A model generated the notes under the pieces. It was not told where the DNA came from. It did no database searches and worked only from the letters and a program-made list of their open reading frames with translations. A program made the position numbers and the translations under genes. Of a DNA stretch of 64,000 bases, positions 54,377-62,918 are shown in pieces. This DNA comes from an uncultured virus (IMG/VR IMGVR_UViG_3300028835_001893). Taxonomy: Duplodnaviria; Heunggongvirae; Uroviricota; Caudoviricetes. Numbering within the stretch: position 1 is the first letter of the stretch; every line of letters begins with the position of its first letter. Where the stretch lies: the IMG/VR virus record IMGVR_UViG_3300028835_001893, one strand, 5' to 3'.

Positions 54377-56359
54377 ATGGCAATAAATATTTCGCCTGGA
54401 GTCTATACTAAGATAATCGACCTCTCAACATATGTCCAAGTAGTTCCAAGTACTATTGGGTTTATTTGCGCGCTTACTAAGAAAGGTAGAGATAATCAAC
54501 TTCTTCTTATTGCATCTCGTTCTGATTTGATTAGTGAATGGGGTGAACCCAATATTCAAGACTATGGAAAACATTATGGACAGGGTCCATATTGCGCATA
54601 CAATTTCCTTGGTGAAGCTGGAAGTTTATACTTCATGAGATGTCTTCCTGAAGACGCTGCTTTTGCAAATATGAGAATTGACGCAAAAATGGCTGCCGCC
54701 GACGCCACCGCATCGATAGTTATTACCTATGTTAGTGACATGGAGACATTAACTGACTTAAATACAAACTTAGCTGACGATGATCCTAAATATCCAATCG
54801 CTTTTCTATATCCTATTGGAAGAGGAGAATACTACAACGCAATTGGAGTAAGGTTTACAGAACATTCGAATCCACTTCTAAGCGATGTGTATACTATGGA
54901 CATATACGAAAAACAATCTGACGGAGATGATGTAATTATTGAGTCATTTGAAGTGTCGTTTAATCCTAAAGCAGTTGATGATGTAGGTGAGTCTATTTTT
55001 ATTGTAGACGTTCTAAACATGTATTCTTCAGTTCTTAGAGCTGATATGACCTTAACGTCTGGTGCTTATACTGGAGGATATGAGTTAATTGCTAAAGTTT
55101 ATGATAAAGATATTGGAACTGTGTCAACAGTTAAAACTGTTGGTTCTGCAACTATTACTGATAATAAACAAGACTTCTCAGATTGGCAAACTACAGAAGC
55201 AGGTGGTGTTACTCTTGAATATGTAGTAATTGCAACTGATGGAAAAGGAAATAAAATTTGGGGTTGGTTAGGTGACGCTAGTGGTGATGATAATGAAACA
55301 ATCAACGTTTTTGACGAAAGACATTATAGTAGTGCAACACAGTCTTGGAAAGGAGATACAAGTCTCTTTAACGTACCTGCTGGAGAAATTACTTATATAA
55401 TCAAGAAAGCTAATACAAGTATAGCAAGTGCTTTTACTTCGAGCGAACCAGTTCCTCTAAAACGAGGTTCTGACGGTGAATTACTAGACGATTCTGGTGA
55501 TCTTGATACTACTATAGCTAAACAAATTCTAGCACAAGGTTATGCTGGAGTTTTAGATGACCAAGTTCTTGATGATGAGAACATTTATTTTACATTAGTT
55601 TATGATTGTGGTTATCCAGATGAAGTAAAAACTAGTATTAGTTCTTTAGTTCAAACAAGACGAGATTGTGTAGGTATCTTAGATAATGGTGATAACTCAG
55701 TATGTGGAGGTCCAAGTAGCACTAGTGGCGCTGTTTATGAACGTCTAAACAACCATACATACAATACTTATCTGTTAGCGCTTTATGAAGAATACAATAA
55801 AGTTTATGATATATTTACTGGAAAAGATGTATGGTTCTCACCAACTTATCATATGTCTTACATACTTCCAAGAAATGATAATGTCTCTGAACTTTGGTAT
55901 GCCGCTGCTGGATTCAACCGAGCCGCGATTGACTCAATTAAGGAGTTACGGTTCAATCCAAATCTTGACCAAAGAGATACAATGTACTTGAAACAGTTAA
56001 ACCCAATTGTTAAATTTAATCCTGGATATGTTGTTTGGGGACAATTAACAACACAAGCGAAAGCAAGTGCATTACAAGACTTAAACATTGTAAGACTAGT
56101 TCTATATTGTAAACGAGCACTATCCGAATATTGTAGATACTTCATTTTCGAACAAAACGATGCTATCACTTGGAATATGGTTTCTGGTGATATAGTTGAA
56201 TTCTTAGAAGTAATTAAGAAACGAAGAGGCTTGTATGACTATAATGTTGAAGTCAGTGCTACTAACTATGAGAAGAAACGAAAGATTTTCCATGTAGATG
56301 TTATCTTGAACCCAACTAGAGTAGTTGAGAAGATTGAACTAAACTTCTTTATTAAATAA
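54377..56359 (+). CDS. Tail sheath protein
   Basis: ISPGVYTKIIDLS; WYAAAGFNRA; LNPIVKF..G.VVWGQ.T; LN.VRL; FIFEQND; P.RVVEKIELNF. Confidence 0.95.
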   Translation: MAINISPGVYTKIIDLSTYVQVVPSTIGFICALTKKGRDNQLLLIASRSDLISEWGEPNIQDYGKHYGQGPYCAYNFLGEAGSLYFMRCLPEDAAFANMRIDAKMAAADATASIVITYVSDMETLTDLNTNLADDDPKYPIAFLYPIGRGEYYNAIGVRFTEHSNPLLSDVYTMDIYEKQSDGDDVIIESFEVSFNPKAVDDVGESIFIVDVLNMYSSVLRADMTLTSGAYTGGYELIAKVYDKDIGTVSTVKTVGSATITDNKQDFSDWQTTEAGGVTLEYVVIATDGKGNKIWGWLGDASGDDNETINVFDERHYSSATQSWKGDTSLFNVPAGEITYIIKKANTSIASAFTSSEPVPLKRGSDGELLDDSGDLDTTIAKQILAQGYAGVLDDQVLDDENIYFTLVYDCGYPDEVKTSISSLVQTRRDCVGILDNGDNSVCGGPSSTSGAVYERLNNHTYNTYLLALYEEYNKVYDIFTGKDVWFSPTYHMSYILPRNDNVSELWYAAAGFNRAAIDSIKELRFNPNLDQRDTMYLKQLNPIVKFNPGYVVWGQLTTQAKASALQDLNIVRLVLYCKRALSEYCRYFIFEQNDAITWNMVSGDIVEFLEVIKKRRGLYDYNVEVSATNYEKKRKIFHVDVILNPTRVVEKIELNFFIK

Positions 56360-56367
56360 ACAAAAAA

Positions 56368-56402
56368 TTGAGCAGGAAAGTATCTCTCACTTTCCTGCTC
56401 AA
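56368..56402. terminator. Bidirectional terminator
   Basis: TTGAGCAGGAAAGT/ACTTTCCTGCTCAA 14-bp stem between convergent genes. Confidence 0.75.
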
Positions 56403-56405
56403 AAT

Positions 56406-56762
56406 TTATTTCTTAGTCTCTTCTATTATAATGTCAAGTTTATCTTTCAAGTTATTTATAACGTTAATAATACATCCAACATCAGGACCACCTTCAAACT
56501 CACAAACAACTAAATTCAACTCTTTCAACATAATACCCAGAAAATCAAAATAAGAAGTACCTACCTCAAATTCGTGAGTAAAACCCATACATTTTAACTC
56601 TGTAAAACGTTCAGATAATTCTTCTATTTCAATATCGTCAGGTAGATTAATCCCAGCTTGTTCTCGTATTGAAAGACATTTTTCCAAAGACAATTTAGAT
56701 GGGATTAGTACTACATAATTAGTCGACGAACTATTGGTTATAAAATCTGTTTTAACTTTCAT
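56406..56762 (-). CDS. TNSS-motif protein 5
   Basis: MKVKTDFITNSSSTNYVV. Confidence 0.8.
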   Translation of the reverse strand: MKVKTDFITNSSSTNYVVLIPSKLSLEKCLSIREQAGINLPDDIEIEELSERFTELKCMGFTHEFEVGTSYFDFLGIMLKELNLVVCEFEGGPDVGCIINVINNLKDKLDIIIEETKK

Positions 56763-56765
56763 TCT

Positions 56766-57128
56766 TTATCCTCGCTCTATTACTTCAATCCATATTGACT
56801 TGAAACCAAAAGTTTCTGATAATTCTTTTTGTCGAATCTTAGAATCTATAATAATATGTCGCATATAGTGGGGAATATCCTCATAATTATTGTACATACT
56901 AGTAGATTCGGTTATTTTAAATATACCTTCTTCTTTTTCTTCAATCGTTTGTGGATTGTAAAATCTTAAAGTAGAACATTCTCCAGTGTATTTATACTCT
57001 TGTATATATTCTTCTAAATAACGGTTAAAACTATCTTGAAAACTATTTAAGTTCTTATCTGTTGATGCAAAATACAATATAAAACTTGCTGAACTACTAT
57101 TAGTCACAAAATCTGTTTTAAATTTCAT
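56766..57128 (-). CDS. TNSS-motif protein 4
   Basis: MKFKTDFVTNSSSASFIL. Confidence 0.8.
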   Translation of the reverse strand: MKFKTDFVTNSSSASFILYFASTDKNLNSFQDSFNRYLEEYIQEYKYTGECSTLRFYNPQTIEEKEEGIFKITESTSMYNNYEDIPHYMRHIIIDSKIRQKELSETFGFKSIWIEVIERG

Positions 57129-57139
57129 TCTAATATTCC

Positions 57140-57646
57140 CTAATGGTGACTAATTTGGAGGTGTGGAAGTTTTCTAAAAATTTCTCCATGTTCCATATCT
57201 GACCAAAAAGCTCCACCTTCATCAGAATAACTAAAGAAGTAAATTACTCGTCCAATATTTTTTTTTATAAATTGCACAGCGAGTTCTTTCGCTATTTTCC
57301 TTCGTTCACGGTCTTGTATTCTATAAGCTTCTTCGATAGGCATTCCACCTCTTTTAACAAGGTTGTCAGCATAATCCCATCCAAGATCACCTTCGAAATG
57401 CCCAGACTGAATCTCTTCGGTAAGTTTGTCAGTAACACCCCCTAATACTGGTTCAAAGTCAAACTCAAAATAACTCTCTTTTAATATCAAAGGTTCCTGC
57501 GTTTGTATATCTTCCAAAACTGCTCTTGCTTGTTCAGTATACATTATGTATTTCTTAACATCTTCAAATGACTCCACTACTTTATCCCAGGCAACTATAA
57601 AACTTGAAGAACTTGAGTTTGTTATAAAATCTGTTTTTGTCTTCAT
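57140..57646 (-). CDS. TNSS-motif protein 3
   Basis: MKTKTDFITNSSSSSFIV; C-terminal EHG.IF..LPH..ISHH. Confidence 0.8.
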   Translation of the reverse strand: MKTKTDFITNSSSSSFIVAWDKVVESFEDVKKYIMYTEQARAVLEDIQTQEPLILKESYFEFDFEPVLGGVTDKLTEEIQSGHFEGDLGWDYADNLVKRGGMPIEEAYRIQDRERRKIAKELAVQFIKKNIGRVIYFFSYSDEGGAFWSDMEHGEIFRKLPHLQISHH

Positions 57647-57652
57647 TACGAT

Positions 57653-58030
57653 CTAACACATCCGACTTCCAAAAAATAACTTAAAGTCTCTTGCCCCAAA
57701 AGTCGTTTTAAGATGTCTCTTATTTTCGCTAATTATTCCTAGGTCTTCTTCACCACTTTCTTCACAATTAGAATCAAATACGAAGATTGGTACTCCAACT
57801 AGAATAGAATATTCATCGGGTGCACCCGCTTCTTCACTAACTAAGAAAAAATTACTACTGAGTTGTTTCTCTATTTCATTTATTTCTTCATCTGTTTCAT
57901 TCTGAAAAACTAGTTTTAGTATATCGCTATATGACATCTCACATGCAACTTCGTCTGTTTTAACTTTAAATCCTAATAATATAAAATTGCAAGTTGAACT
58001 ATTTGTTACGAAACTTGTTTTTATCTTCAC
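57653..58030 (-). CDS. TNSS-motif protein 2
   Basis: MKIKTSFVTNSSTCNFIL. Confidence 0.8.
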   Translation of the reverse strand: MKIKTSFVTNSSTCNFILLGFKVKTDEVACEMSYSDILKLVFQNETDEEINEIEKQLSSNFFLVSEEAGAPDEYSILVGVPIFVFDSNCEESGEEDLGIISENKRHLKTTFGARDFKLFFGSRMC

Positions 58031-58554
58031 TTTTTTAAACTCCTTTTGATTTTTTCTTTTTCTTTTTCTTTTTCCTCTTTTATCGCTTCCAGTTCTTTTT
58101 CAAATTGTTTACTTTGTTCTCGTTTAAACTGAAGTCTTGTTTTTATTTTGAAATCTGTTAAGTCTAGAAACAAGTCTGATTCCCTATTTTCATCATAATA
58201 ATCATCTTCACCAAGATAACGTTTTATCATCAATCCTTCATCTTCCCAGTTTTCATTTCTACATGTATCTACTCTAAGACTACGACCTCTAGCAACGTCA
58301 ATCCAGTCACCATCATAAATAAAAGTTTCGTAATTACAAGTCCATGGAATAACAATATTTCCGTCAAAATCAGGATTATCTTTTAACCATTTTTTAACTA
58401 TCATCTCATGTGGATGTGGTGCATCTCTTGGACCCTCTTTCCAGTTCTCAAAAAATATATCTAACATCTTCCTTGCCGCGTCAATCGGTTTTCTATAGTC
58501 CACAATGTATGCAGTACTAGAACTGTTAGTTACAAAATCATGTTTTATCTTCAA
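58027..58554 (-). CDS. TNSS-motif protein 1
   Basis: MKIKHDFVTNSSSTAYIV (TTG start, GAGGA RBS). Confidence 0.8.
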   Translation of the reverse strand: MKIKHDFVTNSSSTAYIVDYRKPIDAARKMLDIFFENWKEGPRDAPHPHEMIVKKWLKDNPDFDGNIVIPWTCNYETFIYDGDWIDVARGRSLRVDTCRNENWEDEGLMIKRYLGEDDYYDENRESDLFLDLTDFKIKTRLQFKREQSKQFEKELEAIKEEKEKEKEKIKRSLKK

Positions 58555-58588
58555 AAAACGTTCCTCCTTGAAAAAACTCAGTTATAGT

Positions 58589-58753
58589 TTATATTCGGAC
58601 GGCTCGAATACCCCTATTTTGACTTCTCCTATTCTTTTTACAAGAGGGGCAGTACACTCGTACCACCCCCCTACCTTTCCATTCATATTCCATTCTTGCC
58701 ATATATGTTTTTCGACAACCAGGACAAATCGCCTTAACTTTAAATTTACTCAT
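58589..58753 (-). CDS. Zn-ribbon peptide
   Basis: CPGC...CPSC; GGAG RBS. Confidence 0.6.
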   Translation of the reverse strand: MSKFKVKAICPGCRKTYMARMEYEWKGRGVVRVYCPSCKKNRRSQNRGIRAVRI

Positions 58754-58928
58754 TTTTTTTACTCTCCAGTTCATTTGGTTTTCGAGTCATCATTAAACAA
58801 AACAAAACAAAAATAGCAACTATCAAATTGCTAATAGAGGAGAGAAACAAACTAAGAGGAACATTAATTATGAATGTAAACCACAAAAACATTCGAATAT
58901 CTCTTCTCATTTCTTCTTTTGCTTCCAT
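58746..58928 (-). CDS. Small membrane protein
   Basis: GGAGGTGG RBS; hydrophobic sequence. Confidence 0.55.
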   Translation of the reverse strand: MEAKEEMRRDIRMFLWFTFIINVPLSLFLSSISNLIVAIFVLFCLMMTRKPNELESKKNE

Positions 58929-58938
58929 AATCCACCTC

Positions 58939-60036
58939 CTATAATTCATAAGGACATATATCTGGATGTTGTTTTAAAAGTTCTCTACATCTTATAAAAG
59001 GATCTGATCTATTCCATGCGTCCTCAATTGATTTATATTCAAGAGATACACTATGTTGTTTATAATTAGCAAAAGAACATGGAACTAATCTCATATCTGG
59101 AGTAATATAAACAGACATCCTTCCAGACTCACACGTATCAATTGACATTTCTTGCTGTGGTGAAAACTTAGCAAACTTTTTTACTTTGTTCACCATACAA
59201 CTATCAAGTCCCACCTTAAACTTACATTTCGGTTCTTTAATTAGTTTACTAAACTGACGTATTTGACTAATTTTTGGTACCCAGTATAGAAGCTCCTTAC
59301 CTCTACCTTGTGGTTTAAACAAAAGGAAAATAATTGCATTAAGTTTTTCTAAATCACCTTTACCATTCCATATATCTATACCCTTTAGTATCTTTACTGC
59401 AAGTGGGTGAGATACAGAAGAATATATAAAGTGAATATTGGTTTTCATTCCATTGTCTATAAATCTTCTTAACGAATTATATGTAAAGTCTTGTCCATAG
59501 TCAGATACAGCTACAGCACCGCAAAGTTTTGATATCTCTATTTGTTTATCTGTTAAGTTAATTCCACTAGTAGTATAGTTCGGAACTACATTATTACTCC
59601 TAGCATACTCAACAATCTTTTCAAAATCCTCATGAAGATTTGGATCTCCTCTTCCTCCTAATGCTATTTGATTTGTATGATGTTTACACTCATCTACAAT
59701 TCTTTTAAAATCTTCAAATTTCATATTTGGTTCTTGATTATCTCCCTGATAGCAAAAATCACATCTGTTCTTACAATGTCCCATTATCCCACAATCAATC
59801 ATTGACGGCATATCAAGAGAAAATGGATCAGGGTGACCCTTAATACCTCGTAAGGCTTCAAACCCTGTCAGTGTGTTAAATAACAATTCATAGCGATCAT
59901 TTTTAAAGCATTTATCAAAATAAGCACCTATTTCTATTCCAGTACGTTTGTCTTTCAATGTTCTAAATTTCATATTTGACAGATCAGAATCGAACCTTCT
60001 ACCCATCTTTATGAATTGTTCCATTTTCTTTACCAA
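58939..60036 (-). CDS. Radical SAM protein with SPASM/twitch-type C-terminal cysteines
   Basis: CKNRCDFCY (CX3CX2C), IALGGRGDP, NYTTSG, CESGR.S.YITPD..LVPCSF and C-terminal CP. Confidence 0.92.
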   Translation of the reverse strand: MVKKMEQFIKMGRRFDSDLSNMKFRTLKDKRTGIEIGAYFDKCFKNDRYELLFNTLTGFEALRGIKGHPDPFSLDMPSMIDCGIMGHCKNRCDFCYQGDNQEPNMKFEDFKRIVDECKHHTNQIALGGRGDPNLHEDFEKIVEYARSNNVVPNYTTSGINLTDKQIEISKLCGAVAVSDYGQDFTYNSLRRFIDNGMKTNIHFIYSSVSHPLAVKILKGIDIWNGKGDLEKLNAIIFLLFKPQGRGKELLYWVPKISQIRQFSKLIKEPKCKFKVGLDSCMVNKVKKFAKFSPQQEMSIDTCESGRMSVYITPDMRLVPCSFANYKQHSVSLEYKSIEDAWNRSDPFIRCRELLKQHPDICPYEL

Positions 60037-60547
60037 ACTTTGTATAAACTACACCATCGATCGTTCTTATTTGTCTAAATTTCCCCATTTTTAAAAGTAA
60101 AGGAGCATTTTTATGTAAGGACTTCTGATCTTCTGGCATTGAATTTTCCCATTCTTTTTCACTAATAACCTCGTCAGAAACCAAAATAATAAATTTGTTC
60201 TCCTTATCTGGGTCATAGTCATTTTGAACAATCAGTAGAGTCTTGTAGAATGTTTTTCGAAGGACTTGTCGCAAACATCTTCCACGAAACCGATTATGAT
60301 AGTCTCCCCAACAAAAACCATTGTCTTCTAATATTGATTCTATTTTATCGGCGTTCTCCCGGTTTTGTTCTACTATTTCATTAAGTTCATCAAAATGTTC
60401 GATTAAGAGTTTTAATATAGGTCTCCATTTTTTACCTACAGCTTTTAAGACCTTGTTTTTATTTTCTTCGTCTTCTAAATTGAAGATGATTTCTCGCCAG
60501 TAGTTATTTTTTGGAACTATAACAAATGTATCTACTAAGTTTCCCAT
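59999..60547 (-). CDS. Hypothetical protein
   Basis: 182-aa ORF in the operon. Confidence 0.65.
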   Translation of the reverse strand: MGNLVDTFVIVPKNNYWREIIFNLEDEENKNKVLKAVGKKWRPILKLLIEHFDELNEIVEQNRENADKIESILEDNGFCWGDYHNRFRGRCLRQVLRKTFYKTLLIVQNDYDPDKENKFIILVSDEVISEKEWENSMPEDQKSLHKNAPLLLKMGKFRQIRTIDGVVYTKFGKENGTIHKDG

Positions 60548-60843
60548 TTCTTGCCTTCTTCCTTTATTAAAATCTCCTGAAAACCTTCTGGATAATGAAA
60601 TGCTCTTATCTCTTCCATTTGTTCATCCATACTCATGTTAAGATCGTATACTTCTATTATCTTAATTGCACTATGTTTAGGACTATATTTATCATAAACT
60701 TCTTTAAACTTTTCTAGTCCTTTAGTATAAACAGGAAAGTCGTACCAGTCAATTTGGTCGCATAGAACTATCATATGGTCTTCTTTATTTTCGACTCCTG
60801 TTTCAAACCACGAAATTATATCTTGTTTTGTTGCTGCACTCAC
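60535..60843 (-). CDS. Conserved phage hypothetical protein
   Basis: HMIVLCD..DWYDFPVY and I.EVYDL....EQ..E.RA motifs. Confidence 0.7.
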   Translation of the reverse strand: MSAATKQDIISWFETGVENKEDHMIVLCDQIDWYDFPVYTKGLEKFKEVYDKYSPKHSAIKIIEVYDLNMSMDEQMEEIRAFHYPEGFQEILIKEEGKKWET

Positions 60844-60920
60844 ACTTACCTCCTATTTATCCTGTCCATCTGTAGTTGCATTTACTACAAGCTGGACAAG
60901 ATAAATGACGAAAAAGTTTA

Positions 60921-61160
60921 TTAAGATGTCTCAACATTCGCACTTTTTCTTGGTCTATTAGAAGTTTTTCTTCTTTTAATTATTGTAATAATATACTCAA
61001 CAGTCACGACTAAAGGACCAATAAATAATAATATGAGACAAACCCAAAGGTCTACAGCAGTAACAGAGCCATAAATCTTGTTATAGTATAACATCCGTTT
61101 AATACTTATAACAAACCCAGCTACAAACCATACTAATAATATAATATGTAAGACTGTCAA
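60921..61160 (-). CDS. Membrane protein
   Basis: Two TM helices; AAGGAGGT RBS. Confidence 0.6.
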   Translation of the reverse strand: MTVLHIILLVWFVAGFVISIKRMLYYNKIYGSVTAVDLWVCLILLFIGPLVVTVEYIITIIKRRKTSNRPRKSANVETS

Positions 61161-61163
61161 TTT

Positions 61164-62219
61164 TCACACCTCCTTGGTTAAATATGATTTTACTAATTTA
61201 ATACATAGTTCATCTACCAATTGCTCATTTGGTGATTCTGGTAGAGGACTAATTTCCTTAAGTTCTCTAAGTTGACTGGTAAGAACATCCGTAAGCGATA
61301 TTAACTCATCATAAGTAACATTCCCATTTAAAATCCATCGTAAGAGACCTACGTCTGGTCGAGGAAAAGTAATATGACCAGTTCCAACTATCTCTTCTCC
61401 TTCTGATAACAGACGATATAAATGGGCAGCATGTTTTGTATCATATCCAAACTTTTCTTCAAGTTTTGCTCTAGCTGGATGTCTGTTCTTTTTCCAGTTT
61501 TGATATGAATTCCATTCTCTCATAGCGTTCATATAAGCCTTTTCTCTCTCAAGAGCTTCAAGAAAATTGTCACTCACTGGAACAAGAGTTTTGATTGCTT
61601 TATAATCTAATGCTTTCAAATTTTGCGTTAAAGCAATAAAAGCAACCGTTTCTTCCATCTTATCTAATTGTTCTCTAAGACCATGAAACTTTCCAATTTG
61701 TTGTAAGTATAATGATAATAACTTATTAAAAGCTCCAATCTGGTCTTTTGGTATTAATGAACGATTATCTGGAAGACCATACTTCTCACGAGTTGGTTGT
61801 TCTTTGGGAGGATTTAGAAGCCAGTTTCTATGTCGTTTAATACGTTTTAGTTGTTCATGTGCATAACCTATAAATGAGTCAGTACATAATCTAGAAACAA
61901 TATGTTCTTCCATATGGATTATCGCAATCCATTCTTTTGTATGATGTTTCCAGAAAGATTCGGGAATAAATAGATACTCAATAATTGACGGGTTGTTAAC
62001 TAGCAACATCTTCATAAAACTACATATATCATAAAGCGTGGTGCTTTTTTCTTTATCTTCATAGTCTCGTAAATAAATCTTATTTAAGAAACCATAAAAG
62101 TACTCCTCACTTGGTATAAAAACTCCTCCTATATCAACATCTGAAGTTTCTATATCAGTTCCATATAAATTGCTTCCGACTATTGTTTTAAATATCAACT
62201 TAAAATCGTTTGGTATCAT
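61164..62219 (-). CDS. Pol-beta superfamily nucleotidyltransferase (YcgL/RlaP-like)
   Basis: GSNLYGT....SDVDIGGVF, NPSIIE.LF and GYDTKHAAHL.RL; start moved to ATG 62219. Confidence 0.85.
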   Translation of the reverse strand: MIPNDFKLIFKTIVGSNLYGTDIETSDVDIGGVFIPSEEYFYGFLNKIYLRDYEDKEKSTTLYDICSFMKMLLVNNPSIIEYLFIPESFWKHHTKEWIAIIHMEEHIVSRLCTDSFIGYAHEQLKRIKRHRNWLLNPPKEQPTREKYGLPDNRSLIPKDQIGAFNKLLSLYLQQIGKFHGLREQLDKMEETVAFIALTQNLKALDYKAIKTLVPVSDNFLEALEREKAYMNAMREWNSYQNWKKNRHPARAKLEEKFGYDTKHAAHLYRLLSEGEEIVGTGHITFPRPDVGLLRWILNGNVTYDELISLTDVLTSQLRELKEISPLPESPNEQLVDELCIKLVKSYLTKEV

Positions 62220-62577
62220 TACTATCCTCCCGTAATTTGTTAAGTAATTTCTTCTTTGCTTCACTTACCAATTCTGAAACAATGTCAGAGCTAGTTGTTA
62301 GGAATTTAAAAGTTAATCCATCTAACACTAAAGAAGTATATAGTTTCCTCTCAAAATCCCACTGATTGAGACCTTCCTTTTTACAAAATTCTCCTATAGT
62401 TTTTGTTAATATGTGAGGGATTTCTAAAGAAACTGGAGTTTCTTCTTTTTCACCAAACCATAGACTTGGCCCTACATCAACGATCGCCTTTGCTACGGCA
62501 TATATCATACTTCTTTCGACTTCAGAATATCCAAGAGGATTTCTCAGTTTTTCAAGTATCTCTTCTAGTTGGTTCAT
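62200..62577 (-). CDS. Hypothetical protein, paralog of 62574-62918
   Basis: NPLGYSE, GP..W.GEKE.TPVSLEIPH and QWDFE.KLYT shared. Confidence 0.75.
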   Translation of the reverse strand: MNQLEEILEKLRNPLGYSEVERSMIYAVAKAIVDVGPSLWFGEKEETPVSLEIPHILTKTIGEFCKKEGLNQWDFERKLYTSLVLDGLTFKFLTTSSDIVSELVSEAKKKLLNKLREDSNDTKRF

Positions 62578-62918
62578 AATTTATACTCCTCTACTTTTTC
62601 ATTTGCTTCTTTATTTAGTAAATCTCGCAGAACCTTAGATTTCCCTAACAAGAAAATAAATGTTAATCCTTCTAGTATTAAATGAGTATACAACTTAGTT
62701 TCGAAATCCCACTGGACAAGTTTCTTTTCTCTACACATTATGTTAATTTCTTCTATTATCTCATGAGGAATCTCTAAACTAACTGGAGTCTTTTCTTTTT
62801 CACCAGTCCATACTTCTGGACCTGACATTAACATCCTTCCTAACATTTCAAATATTATGTCTTTAACCTCTTCAGAATATCCAAGTGGATTTTTGTATCT
62901 TTCAATTATATCTTCCAT
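62574..62918 (-). CDS. Hypothetical protein, paralog of 62200-62577
   Basis: As above. Confidence 0.75.
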   Translation of the reverse strand: MEDIIERYKNPLGYSEEVKDIIFEMLGRMLMSGPEVWTGEKEKTPVSLEIPHEIIEEINIMCREKKLVQWDFETKLYTHLILEGLTFIFLLGKSKVLRDLLNKEANEKVEEYKL

